Of a DNA stretch of 64,000 bases, positions 1-9,073 are shown piece after piece; the first letter of the stretch is position 1, and each line of letters starts with the position of its first letter. A program made the translations under genes and the position numbers. Under the pieces are notes generated by a model. That model was not told the DNA's origin. It ran no database searches and was given only the letters and a program-made list of their open reading frames with translations. Source of the stretch: a bacterium (GTDB lineage Bacteria; RBG-13-61-14; DATKZS01); NCBI GenBank assembly GCA_963674965.2, contig CAXXFL010000005.1, positions 672,001 to 736,000 on the forward strand, given 5' to 3'.

Positions 1-218
1 TTCACCTTCATCCGGACGACCTCGAGGAGATCAAGGCCGCCATGGCCAAGGGCGAGAACTTTTCGGACGAGATAAAGGAGATCGAGCTTATATCCGACTC
101 GGGCGTCAAGCGCGGCGGCTGCCGGGTGGAAGGCGACTTCGGTGAGGTCGACGCCCGCATCGATTCGCAGATCGGGGCGCTTCGCCAGGCGCTGGCCGAG
201 GCCATGGACCTGGGCTGA
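1..218 (+). CDS. fliH: Flagellar assembly protein FliH, C-terminal part (truncated by window start)
   Basis: Frame from nt 3 reads HLHPDDLEE...DSGVKRGGCRVEGDFGEVDARIDSQ, the FliH C-terminal motifs; TGA at 216-218; directly upstream of fliI. Confidence 0.85.
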   Translation, partial: HLHPDDLEEIKAAMAKGENFSDEIKEIELISDSGVKRGGCRVEGDFGEVDARIDSQIGALRQALAEAMDLG

Positions 219-220
219 AC

Positions 221-1567
221 ATGGTGGAAGGCGGCGCGGGCATGCTCAAGGCGGGGTCCATACAAAGTCTGTTGGCCGGGATCGACCCGGTCAAGAGGTA
301 CGGCCGCGTCACGCGGGCCGTTGGGCTCACCATCGAGGGGACCTGTCCCGAGGCTTCCATTGGCTCCGTTTGCCGGATTAAAAGCGGCAAGTCCGATCCC
401 GGCATCGAGGCCGAGATAGTCGGCTTCAAGGAAAACAAGGCCATCCTCATGCCCCTGGGCGAGGTCAGGGGCGTGGGTTTCGGCTCGACCATCGAGGTCT
501 CGCGGGAATGCGCCATGTTTCCCGCGGGGGAGGAACTTCTCGGGCGAGTAGTGGACGGGCTGGGGAACCCCCTTGACGGGAAGGGGCCCTTGAATAAAGT
601 CCGCATGACCTCGATTTACAATCCCTGCGTCCAGCCCCTTTCCCGAAGCGCCATTAAAATGCCCCTGGACGTGGGCGTCCGGTCGATCAACGGCATGCTC
701 ACCATATGCAAGGGCCAGAGGATGGGGATCATGGCCGGCTCGGGCGTGGGCAAAAGCACGCTTATGGGCATGATGGCCCGCCATACCTCGGCCGACGTTC
801 GCGTCATAGCGCTAATCGGGGAGCGGGGCCGGGAAGTGGGTGAATTCCTCGAGCACAACCTGACGAGGGACGCCCTGAAAAAGTCGGTGGTGGTGGTGGC
901 CACGGCCGACCAGCCGGCCGTTGTCAGGATGAGAGGCGCCTACGCCGCCACGGCCATAGCCGAGACCTTTTCCAGCGACGGCCGCGACGTGCTTTTAATG
1001 ATGGACTCGATCACCCGGTTCATGATGGCCCTGCGCGAAATCGGCCTGGCCGCGGGCGAGCCGCCCACCGCCAGGGGCTACACGCCCTCCGCTTTCTCGA
1101 CTCTTCCTCGCCTGGTCGAGCGGGCCGGGGCCTTCGAGGGTGGAGGATCGATCACGGGACTGTACACGGTCCTGGTCGAGGGAGACGACTTTCAGGAGCC
1201 CGTGGCCGACGCGGTCAGGTCGGTGATCGACGGGCATATCGTGCTCTCGAGGGACCTGGCCTCCCGCGGGCAGTACCCGCCGGTGGACGTCTTGGGAAGC
1301 GTCAGCCGCGTGATGTCGGGAGTAGTGGGATCCCGCCACGACGCCCTGAGCAGGAAGCTTCGGGAACTGCTGGCCGTTTACCGCGACGCCGAGGACCTGG
1401 TCAACCTGGGCGCCTATAAAAAGGGGGCCAATCCCCACATAGACGAGGCCCTCGATAAAATCGAGGCCATAAAGAAATACCTGAAACAGGACGTGAACGA
1501 AAAAGTCGATTTCGATCAAAGCGTCAACGAGCTGGCGGCGGCCCTCGGCGCGGGCTCCAGGCAATAA
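221..1567 (+). CDS. fliI: Flagellum-specific export ATPase FliI
   Basis: GQRMGIMAGSGVGKST Walker A, ALIGERGREV, MDSITRF, GEPPTARGY, GSITGLYTVLVEGDD; flagellar context. Confidence 0.97.
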   Translation: MVEGGAGMLKAGSIQSLLAGIDPVKRYGRVTRAVGLTIEGTCPEASIGSVCRIKSGKSDPGIEAEIVGFKENKAILMPLGEVRGVGFGSTIEVSRECAMFPAGEELLGRVVDGLGNPLDGKGPLNKVRMTSIYNPCVQPLSRSAIKMPLDVGVRSINGMLTICKGQRMGIMAGSGVGKSTLMGMMARHTSADVRVIALIGERGREVGEFLEHNLTRDALKKSVVVVATADQPAVVRMRGAYAATAIAETFSSDGRDVLLMMDSITRFMMALREIGLAAGEPPTARGYTPSAFSTLPRLVERAGAFEGGGSITGLYTVLVEGDDFQEPVADAVRSVIDGHIVLSRDLASRGQYPPVDVLGSVSRVMSGVVGSRHDALSRKLRELLAVYRDAEDLVNLGAYKKGANPHIDEALDKIEAIKKYLKQDVNEKVDFDQSVNELAAALGAGSRQ

Positions 1568-1584
1568 GGACGGCGTGGTTAATC

Positions 1585-2040
1585 ATGGCCAAACCCAAAA
1601 AAGCGCTTCGCTCACTATTAAGGATGAGGGAAATCATGGAGAGCCAGGCGAGGAATTCCCTTTACTCCGTCAAGTCGCAAAGAGATGAAGTCGAGCAAAA
1701 CGTCGAGAGGCTTCGCCACGAATATCGCGCTACTTTGGACGAGCTTTCCAGGGCCGACGTGTCTCGAGACACCGTCGCCAGGGGCATGTCCATGTGGCTT
1801 CTCGACGCCTACCCCGCCTCCATCGAGGCGGAACGCGCCCGGCTGAGTGAAATCGACGCCAGGCTCGATAAAGCCCGCGGGCACTGCGAGAGAAAAATCA
1901 ACGAGCGCAAACTGGTCGAGATCATCCACGACCGCAAGGTTTGCGAGATCGAGTTCGAGGAAAACAAGAAAGAGGAAAACCACGTGGCCGACCTCGTCCT
2001 GGCCGCCAGGGGCCAGGGGCCGGCGGGCGAGGGAGCATGA
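1585..2040 (+). CDS. fliJ: Flagellar export protein FliJ (divergent)
   Basis: 151-aa coiled coil right after fliI; N-terminal L-x-SLLRMRE and C-terminal E-x-K-EE-x(3)-D pattern. Confidence 0.7.
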   Translation: MAKPKKALRSLLRMREIMESQARNSLYSVKSQRDEVEQNVERLRHEYRATLDELSRADVSRDTVARGMSMWLLDAYPASIEAERARLSEIDARLDKARGHCERKINERKLVEIIHDRKVCEIEFEENKKEENHVADLVLAARGQGPAGEGA

Positions 2041-2041
2041 A

Positions 2042-2626
2042 ATGAGTCCGATCAAAAAACTAAGCTGGAAGGCGCTGGTCGTCGCCGCGCTTTTTATTCT
2101 GGTTAGCCTCGAGGGCTTCATGGTGGCGGCCAAGATAACCGGGGTGGATGACGACAACGAGGAAATAAAAGCGCGGTCCAGGTTCGCCAACCCCATCGCC
2201 TATGACGACGACGTAAAGCCGATACTCGATCTTTACGACGCTCTGAACGAGGAAAAAAAGCTGCTCGACGAGAGGAAAAAGAACATGGCCGAGCGGGAGC
2301 GCAAGCTGGCCGAGGTCGAGGCCGAGGTCAAGAAGGAGATCGAGTCTCTGAAAGCGGCCAGGGAGGACCTGGTAGCGGCCGTGGCCGACCACGAAAGCCA
2401 GGAGGAAGCGGCCCTCAAGAAGCTGGCGCGCATGTACGAGGCCATGTCTCCAGAGGAGGCGGCTAAAGTATTCAACGGCATGGAGCCGGTCCTCTCCCGG
2501 TCTCTCATCGAGAGAATGAGTCCCCGCAAGTCCGGGAAAATCATCGCCCTCGTCGACGTCAGGGTCGCCAGGCGCATTACCCGCGACGTGGCCGATAAGT
2601 ACTCATTCCCGCCCATGGGCGATTGA
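2042..2626 (+). CDS. MotE/YlxF/FlbB-like flagellar protein (N-terminal TM, coiled coil, MgtE-N-like C-terminus)
   Basis: KLARMYEAMSPEEAAKVF...LIERMSPRKSGKII motif; canonical position between fliJ and fliK; ATG at 2042 after GGGAG. Confidence 0.8.
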   Translation: MSPIKKLSWKALVVAALFILVSLEGFMVAAKITGVDDDNEEIKARSRFANPIAYDDDVKPILDLYDALNEEKKLLDERKKNMAERERKLAEVEAEVKKEIESLKAAREDLVAAVADHESQEEAALKKLARMYEAMSPEEAAKVFNGMEPVLSRSLIERMSPRKSGKIIALVDVRVARRITRDVADKYSFPPMGD

Positions 2627-2646
2627 ATCGATCGCAAACCAGGTCA

Positions 2647-2671
2647 AGGCCGGCTCTCTGCCGGCTTTTTT
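2647..2671 (+). terminator. Rho-independent terminator
   Basis: GCCGGC-TCTCT-GCCGGC stem-loop followed by T6, 20 bp after the stop codon. Confidence 0.7.
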
Positions 2672-2810
2672 CATGCCCGATGGGAACAATAGACTCCACT
2701 GGGAAAAATCTTCGCTGCCTCCCTTTTAATTGAAATGGCCCGTCTTTATATACGCCGGGAAATAGTATGATATTTCAGGCTATTCCGCTTCTATAAAAAA
2801 TCTTTCCCCT

Positions 2811-2826
2811 CGGCATGGAGCTTGCC
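2811..2826 (+). promoter_or_regulatory. Sigma-54 (-24/-12) promoter for fliK-flgD-flgE
   Basis: CGGCATGGAGCTTGCC: GG(2812-13)-N10-GC(2824-25), matches TGGCAC-N5-TTGC. Confidence 0.75.
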
Positions 2827-2840
2827 AATCACAATGCTAG

Positions 2841-4457
2841 ATGATTGACGCTGTCTCCATAATCGTTATCGAACCCGGCGGCAAGACCCAATTCAAAGGA
2901 CCTCCGCCCGCGTCGGAAGAAGGAATCTTCCTCGATATCTTCATGTTGCTTGGCGAACGGTCAACCCAAGCGGAGTCGCAAATCGAAATGAAACGGCAAG
3001 GCCTTATTGGCCAGCCTCGGAAGGACGTCGAGAGGGACGTAGTATTTGAGGAATCAAAAGACCGCCAGCCTCCGGCCTTTTTCTCACCTTCCCTCGGCTC
3101 CGCTCGCGTTGAAATGGAAGAAGGGCCGATCATCGCGCGGCCTGACGAAAACAGGGAGCGGGACGAGGAGCCGGCAAAGCCCGGCCAACAGGGCGAGTTC
3201 ATCTTCACGGCGCCCGCGCCATTAACCGACCGGCCCGAGTCGGCGAACGAACCGACCGCCGAGCGGCCTCGCGAAAACAGGGAGCGAGTCGAGGTACCGG
3301 AGGGACCGGGCAAACACGAGGCGCGGGTCATGCCATCTCCTTTCTTTCTCCTCGCCCAACCGGAAACGGCGCGGGAAGAAAGTAAATTTAGAAATGGAAC
3401 TTTGCATGGAGCGGCCCAGCCGTCAACTTCGCCCGGTATCGAGCTTACTTTCCAACCGGAGAGTCAGGTCTTCGGCCAGGTTGAAGAGCGGGCGAACCAA
3501 ACGGCCGCTCCGACCAACGCGGTCCCCGCCGATATCCGGGAAAACCCCGAGCCAGTGGCGTCCGAGTTTTTTTCTTCGCGGGCGCGGCAAGTAAAAATTT
3601 CCGGCGATAAAATTGAATATACAAATACGGAGACCTTGCCGCCGGCCGATGATGAAACAACGCCGCCGCCATCGAGGGTCGCCTCCGAAGTCCCCGACTT
3701 GGCCTCAAAATCAAAGGCCGTTGGCCTGGAATCGATGGCGGATAACAACTCCGGACGGGAGAGGCTGGGGAATGATACGGAGGTCGAATTTTCCGTCGAG
3801 AACATTGAATCGGGAGAAAATAAAAAGGGCGAAGATAGCGGCGACGGTGGCGAACAATCATCCGGCGCGCCCTCCCGGCCCGGCAAAACGGCTGCCATGA
3901 GCCTTGGCCCGTCCGCGAGGACCTTCTTATCCTCGATGCCGGAATTTGTCCCGGCCGGCCCGGCGGCGGCCGACGCTTCGCCCCTGCCCGAGTCTTCGGC
4001 AAGATCGGTCCCTTCCCTTGCGACGGCCCTCGCGGGCGCGGCCCCGGACCTGAGCTCTGGAGTTATCGGCGCCATCGAGCGGGCCATGTCGGTCATGAAG
4101 GGGGACGGCTCGAGCGTGGCCCGCATTAACGTCAGTCCTCCCGAGTTGGGCGACGTCAAGCTCATGGTCGAGGTTTCGGGAGAGAAGGTTAAAGCCAGGA
4201 TCAACGCTCCCGATCACGCGTCGGCGGCGGTTATCCGGGCCAACGTTCACGAGCTCGAGTGGCGCCTCGATCGCGGCGGCCTGGTCCTGGACTCGATCGA
4301 GGTCGAGGTGGGCTCGGACGGAAAATCGGGAGACGGGCGCTCCTTTTACAAGGACAAACCGAGAGCAGAACAAAAGCGGATTGTAAAGCCCGCCGCGACG
4401 GGCGTTGGCCGGGCGCGTCGGACCGGGCGCGAGGGCGCCATCGACGTGCTGGCGTAA
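2841..4457 (+). CDS. fliK: Flagellar hook-length control protein FliK
   Basis: Long Pro/Glu-rich disordered N-region plus C-terminal T3S4 motif ARINVSPPELGDVKLMVEV...ELEWRLDRGGL; precedes flgD. Confidence 0.88.
   Translation: MIDAVSIIVIEPGGKTQFKGPPPASEEGIFLDIFMLLGERSTQAESQIEMKRQGLIGQPRKDVERDVVFEESKDRQPPAFFSPSLGSARVEMEEGPIIARPDENRERDEEPAKPGQQGEFIFTAPAPLTDRPESANEPTAERPRENRERVEVPEGPGKHEARVMPSPFFLLAQPETAREESKFRNGTLHGAAQPSTSPGIELTFQPESQVFGQVEERANQTAAPTNAVPADIRENPEPVASEFFSSRARQVKISGDKIEYTNTETLPPADDETTPPPSRVASEVPDLASKSKAVGLESMADNNSGRERLGNDTEVEFSVENIESGENKKGEDSGDGGEQSSGAPSRPGKTAAMSLGPSARTFLSSMPEFVPAGPAAADASPLPESSARSVPSLATALAGAAPDLSSGVIGAIERAMSVMKGDGSSVARINVSPPELGDVKLMVEVSGEKVKARINAPDHASAAVIRANVHELEWRLDRGGLVLDSIEVEVGSDGKSGDGRSFYKDKPRAEQKRIVKPAATGVGRARRTGREGAIDVLA
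3011..3360 (+). repeat. Degenerate ~126-bp (42-aa) tandem repeat inside fliK
   Basis: GCGGCCT..CGAAAACAGGGAGCG at 3137 and 3263; peptides QPRKDVERDV / RPDENRERDE / RPRENRERVE, each followed by a Phe-rich patch. Confidence 0.6.
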
Positions 4458-4478
4458 AAATAATCAGGGGAGAATAAA

Positions 4479-5135
4479 ATGTACGTTACTGGAACGGGAT
4501 ACGCGACCGCGACGAAATCCGAGAGTCGGGTGGGCGACGAGTTGAGCCAGGAGGCTTTTTTCGACCTGCTCATGGCTCAGCTATTGAACCAGGACCCCAT
4601 GAACCCCATGGAGAGCGCCGAGTTCACCAGCCAACTGGCCCAATTGAACCTGGTAAGCGAGGTCATGAACATCCGCGATCTCTTGGAGAGCAACCTCGGC
4701 CAGGCGGAGGGGGTAGACCCGCGGGAGGCGCTCGGTTATATCGGCCGTGAAGTGATGGTCAACGGCGGCGAGTTCGCCATCACGCCGACCTCGAGCTCGA
4801 CCGAGCAGCTTTACTTTTCCTTGGGCGCGGACGCGAGCCGGGTGGAGCTGGAAATACTCGACGAGAGCGACAACGTGGTAAGGACCATTCAGCTCAATTC
4901 CCTTCCCGCCGGGCCTCACGAGCTGATGTTCGACTGCAAGAACGACGCGGGCACTGAGCTTTTAACCGGCCAGTATCGGGTGGTCCCGAAAGCATATAAC
5001 GATTCGGGGGAGGAGATTTTCGCGGAGAACGGCTTCAGGGGCGTGGTCTCCGAGGTCCGGTTCGAGAACGGCCAGGCTTACCTGGTGGTGAGCGGCAAAA
5101 CCATCGCCGTCGATGACGTCGATTCGATAAGATAA
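4479..5135 (+). CDS. flgD: Flagellar hook capping protein FlgD
   Basis: FFDLLMAQLLNQDPMNPMESAEFTSQLAQ motif. Confidence 0.95.
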   Translation: MYVTGTGYATATKSESRVGDELSQEAFFDLLMAQLLNQDPMNPMESAEFTSQLAQLNLVSEVMNIRDLLESNLGQAEGVDPREALGYIGREVMVNGGEFAITPTSSSTEQLYFSLGADASRVELEILDESDNVVRTIQLNSLPAGPHELMFDCKNDAGTELLTGQYRVVPKAYNDSGEEIFAENGFRGVVSEVRFENGQAYLVVSGKTIAVDDVDSIR

Positions 5136-5152
5136 CAAACCAGGAGGAAAAA

Positions 5153-6418
5153 ATGTTTGCATCATTATTCACGGGAGTAACGGGGCTTAACGCCATGGAG
5201 ACCGAGCTTTCGGTCATCAGCGACAACATCGCCAACGTCAACACCACGGGCTTCAAGGGAAGTCGGGCCATTTTCCAGGACCTTTTAAACCGGGGCCTGT
5301 CGACCAGCGGCGGTCAGGTAGGGCTCGGCGTTTCGGTGGGCGACGTTCAGACCATCTATAACCAGGGCGCCATAGTCTATACGGGCGCGGCCACGGACAT
5401 GGCCATTGACGGCCGGGGCTTCTTCGTTGTCAGCGACGGTGACCAGAGCTATTACACCCGGGCGGGCATGTTCACGGTGGACCGGGACGGTTTCCTCGTT
5501 GACATGAACGGCCTCAGGGTGCAGGGGTACCAGGCCGAGGCGGGCGTGCTTTCCCAGGAAATCTCGGACCTTTCCTTTGGCAACGCCAACACTCCGCCCC
5601 TCGCCACGTCGCTGATCGAGGTGGGGGCCAACCTCGAGGCGGGTTCTCCGGTCCAGGTCTTCAACGTGGCGGACCCGGTGAGCACCTCGGCCTTCTCGAC
5701 GGGAGTGGCCGTGTACGACAGCCTCGGGCAGTCCCATTTGATTACCGTTTATTTCAACTCGACCGGGGCCAACGCCTGGGAATGGCACGCCACCGTGGAT
5801 GGCGGCGAGGTCACGGGGGGGACCCCCGGCGTCACGGAGGAAATCGCCTCGGGGGCCCTCACCTTTACCAACACCGGCGCCCTGGACACGGAGACCACCA
5901 CTTTTACCAACATCAACTTCGTGGGGGCGGCCCCCGCCCAGGTCATCGACTTCGATTTCGGCGAGAGCATAACCACCGACGGCGGCTCGGGGTATCTCGG
6001 CACCACCCAGTACGCCGGCGAGTCGGCCACCTACGAGCTTAATCAGGACGGATACGCCGCCGGGTTCCTCGAGCGGGTCGCCATCGAGAGCAACGGCATA
6101 CTGACCGGATACTTCTCGAACAGCGACTCCCAGATACTCGGCCAGGTCGCGCTGGCTACCTTTACCAGCGAGGATGGACTGCACCGGCTGGGAGACAACC
6201 TCTTCTCCGAGACCTACGACTCGGGTTCTCCAGCCATCGACGCGCCTCAGTCCGGCGGCAGGGGGTCAATCCTGGCCGAGTCCATCGAGATGTCCAACGT
6301 GGACATGGGAGAGGAACTGGTCAGACTCATAAGCGCCCAGCGCGGATACCAGGCCAACACCAGAGTCATTAACACCAGCAACGAGCTTTTGGCTGAGCTG
6401 ATGGCCCTGGGAAGATAA
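5153..6418 (+). CDS. flgE: Flagellar hook protein FlgE
   Basis: VISDNIANVNTTGFKGSR; DMAIDGRGFF; EMSNVDMGEELVRLISAQRGYQAN. Confidence 0.97.
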   Translation: MFASLFTGVTGLNAMETELSVISDNIANVNTTGFKGSRAIFQDLLNRGLSTSGGQVGLGVSVGDVQTIYNQGAIVYTGAATDMAIDGRGFFVVSDGDQSYYTRAGMFTVDRDGFLVDMNGLRVQGYQAEAGVLSQEISDLSFGNANTPPLATSLIEVGANLEAGSPVQVFNVADPVSTSAFSTGVAVYDSLGQSHLITVYFNSTGANAWEWHATVDGGEVTGGTPGVTEEIASGALTFTNTGALDTETTTFTNINFVGAAPAQVIDFDFGESITTDGGSGYLGTTQYAGESATYELNQDGYAAGFLERVAIESNGILTGYFSNSDSQILGQVALATFTSEDGLHRLGDNLFSETYDSGSPAIDAPQSGGRGSILAESIEMSNVDMGEELVRLISAQRGYQANTRVINTSNELLAELMALGR

Positions 6419-6427
6419 TAAGCACGC

Positions 6428-6474
6428 CGGCGGCCCCGGCCGGCTTTTGACGCCGGGGCCGCCGACCAACTTTT
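6428..6474 (+). terminator. GC-rich hairpin, probable terminator after flgE
   Basis: CGGCGGCCCCGGC (6428-6440) pairs perfectly with GCCGGGGCCGCCG (6452-6464); short T run follows. Confidence 0.6.
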
Positions 6475-6583
6475 AAAAACGGTCCCACGCTGGGGCGGCG
6501 GCGTCAGCCTTCATGCCAACCCACTATTTTTCGAGATTAAAATATTCCCCATTTTTTCAAACCGATAACCCCGAGAAAAACTT

Positions 6584-6612
6584 TTTACTTCCCCCTCCGT
6601 TTGATCTATCAT
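6584..6612 (+). promoter_or_regulatory. Putative sigma-70 promoter for the serpin gene
   Basis: TTTACT-N17-TATCAT, followed by an AGGAGG RBS. Confidence 0.5.
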
Positions 6613-6631
6613 CCAGATAGGAGGGAATAAA

Positions 6632-7873
6632 ATGAAATATTTAAATTCGCGGCATATCGCCGGACTCATTTCGATAACGGCCGCGGCGGCGGTCGTCCTG
6701 GCCTTTGCTTTTGACCTTCGCGCCAAGGCCAAGGCGCCGGAGGACGACGTGGCCAGGGTTGTACGGGGAAACAACGCCTTCGCCTTCGACCTTTATAACA
6801 AGATTGCCCCCGAGGCCGACGGCAACGTTATCTATTCTCCTTACAGCGTCTCCACCGCCCTGGCCATCGCCTACGCCGGGGCCAGGGGAAGGACGGCCGA
6901 GGAAATGGCCCGGGTCATGCGCTTCGATCCGCCCGACGAAACTCTCCATCCCGCCATGGGCCAATTGGTGGACGACCTTAACTCTCAAGGCGGCCGGGAC
7001 TATAAGCTGGTGGTGGCCAACCGCCTGTGGGGACAGCGGGACTACAAGTTTCTCGACTCTTACGTGGACCTTGTTAAATCCTCCTACGGCGGCGGCTTCG
7101 AGTCGGTCGATTTCGCGGGCAATCCCGAGAAAGCCCGCGCCACTATCAATAAATGGGTTGAAAAACAGACGGAGCAGAAGATCATGGACCTGATCGGGCC
7201 CGACGTGATCAAGCCGCTCACGCGCATGGTCATCACCAACGCCATTTACTTCAAGGGCAAGTGGCTCTCCGAGTTTAAAAAGGACGCCACCCGGGACGCG
7301 CCTTTTACTCTCGCCTCAGGCGATGAAGTCCAGGTACCAACCATGTACCAGGAGCACGGTTTTAAAATAGGCGAGGGCCCCGGTTGCGCTCTTCTCGAGA
7401 TGCCCTACCAGGGCGAGGAATTGTCCATGGTGGTTATACTGCCCGACCGCCACGACGGCCTGGCCGAGGTCGAGAAGGCGGTAAACGCCGATTCCCTTAA
7501 TGAGTGGCTGGGCTCCACGCGCTCGGACAAGGTCCGGGTCTATCTGCCCCGGTTCAAGTCGGAATTCAAGCTCGAGCTGTCCCAGACCCTTAAAGACATG
7601 GGCATGGTCGCGGCCTTCGAGGACACGGCCGACTTCTCGGGCCTTGACGGCTCGCGAAACCTCAAGATCACCAACGTGATCCACCAGGCCTTCGTCGAGG
7701 TGAACGAGGAGGGGACCGAGGCCGCCGCCGCCACCGCCGTGGTCATCGGCCTCAAGAGCGCCGCGCCGGTGATGAACGTTTTCCGGGCGGACCATCCATT
7801 CCTGTTCCTGATCCGCGACGTGAAGACCGGCAGCGTTCTTTTCATGGGACGGGTCATGGACCCGAGGAAGTAA
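6632..7873 (+). CDS. Exported serpin (serine protease inhibitor)
   Basis: N-terminal signal; NVIYSPYSVSTAL, NAIYFKGKW, VNEEGTEAAAAT hinge, FRADHPFLFLIRD, LFMGRV. Confidence 0.97.
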   Translation: MKYLNSRHIAGLISITAAAAVVLAFAFDLRAKAKAPEDDVARVVRGNNAFAFDLYNKIAPEADGNVIYSPYSVSTALAIAYAGARGRTAEEMARVMRFDPPDETLHPAMGQLVDDLNSQGGRDYKLVVANRLWGQRDYKFLDSYVDLVKSSYGGGFESVDFAGNPEKARATINKWVEKQTEQKIMDLIGPDVIKPLTRMVITNAIYFKGKWLSEFKKDATRDAPFTLASGDEVQVPTMYQEHGFKIGEGPGCALLEMPYQGEELSMVVILPDRHDGLAEVEKAVNADSLNEWLGSTRSDKVRVYLPRFKSEFKLELSQTLKDMGMVAAFEDTADFSGLDGSRNLKITNVIHQAFVEVNEEGTEAAAATAVVIGLKSAAPVMNVFRADHPFLFLIRDVKTGSVLFMGRVMDPRK

Positions 7874-7892
7874 GGGACCGGGCGGTAGCTTA

Positions 7893-8981
7893 TTATTTCC
7901 CGATCACTCTTTTCATGAATCTGAGGACGTTTTCGCCGTAGATCATCTGGAGTTGTTTTTTGGTGTACCCTCTTTTGATCAGTTCCCTGGTCAGGTTGGG
8001 CAGTTGGCCCGCGTTCTCGAGCCCTGTGGGCACGAAAATACCGCCGTCGTAGTCCGAGCCGAGGGCCACGCACTCGATGCCGCCCACTTCCACCATGTGG
8101 TCGATATGGTCGGCCACGTCGGCCACGGAGTGAGGGTTGTTGTAGGACACGAAGGGCCGGTGGTAGTTAACGCCGACAATGCCTCCGGTCCAGCAGATTC
8201 CCCTTATCAGGTCGTCCTTTAAGTTGCGCGGGTGCTTTTTCACCGCGTAGGCGTTCGAGTGCGTGGCTATAACGGGCTGCCGGGTAATTTTCAGGACGTC
8301 CCGCAGGGTCTTGTCCGAGACGTGAGACACGTCGACCATCATGCCCAGCTCGTTCATGCGCCTGACCACTTTCTCTCCGAACTCGGTAAGGCCGTGATTT
8401 GGCTTGTCGTCGTCGCGGCTGGCGTCTCCCAATTCGTTCGAGTTGTTCCAGGTGAGGGTCATGTATCTGGCGCCCCGGTTGAAGAAATAATCCAGGCGCT
8501 CGAGGTTTCCGTGCAGGGCCTCTCCTCCCTCGACCGCGAGCAGGGCCGAGATTTTTCCAGCCTCGGCGTTATCCTGGATATCCTGAGCCGAGCCGGCGAA
8601 GGCGATATCAGTGGAATAGGCGTCCATGGCCGAGTAAAACTGCTCGAGCATGGCGTCGGCCGCCTGGTACTTGAACTGGGCGTTGTCCCATATGGCGTAA
8701 AACTGGGCGCGCACTCCGCCCTGGCGAAGACGGGGGATGCTCGTCTCGAGTCGGGTCCCCTCCATAAGCGCGATGTTTCCGTTCGCTTTTCTATAGATGG
8801 TGTTGAAGGCGTCGGAATGAAGGTCGATAATAATGGCGTCTCTCGCCACGTCCTCGTGGGTAAAGGACGGCGAACTTGACGCGGGCATGTTTTTTGCGCA
8901 GATTAGTATTACAATAACGGTGAGGCTAGCGGCCAGGAAATGAATATACTTGGGCCCGGTGATTTTACTTGCGCGCAACAT
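7893..8981 (-). CDS. Membrane dipeptidase (peptidase M19), exported or membrane anchored
   Basis: DLHSD, AVEGGE, LTWN, VDVSH, THSN, RNL, ALGSDYDG motifs; start codon uncertain (ORF open to 9074). Confidence 0.93.
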   Translation of the reverse strand: MLRASKITGPKYIHFLAASLTVIVILICAKNMPASSSPSFTHEDVARDAIIIDLHSDAFNTIYRKANGNIALMEGTRLETSIPRLRQGGVRAQFYAIWDNAQFKYQAADAMLEQFYSAMDAYSTDIAFAGSAQDIQDNAEAGKISALLAVEGGEALHGNLERLDYFFNRGARYMTLTWNNSNELGDASRDDDKPNHGLTEFGEKVVRRMNELGMMVDVSHVSDKTLRDVLKITRQPVIATHSNAYAVKKHPRNLKDDLIRGICWTGGIVGVNYHRPFVSYNNPHSVADVADHIDHMVEVGGIECVALGSDYDGGIFVPTGLENAGQLPNLTRELIKRGYTKKQLQMIYGENVLRFMKRVIGK

Positions 8982-9073
8982 CGCGTTTTCAATGTTACTA
9001 TATTTTTTGCCTCGGCGATAATCTTGCCGTGAAAGCTTTTCCGGTTTCCGGGGCATCTCGAGGAGAATAAGCA

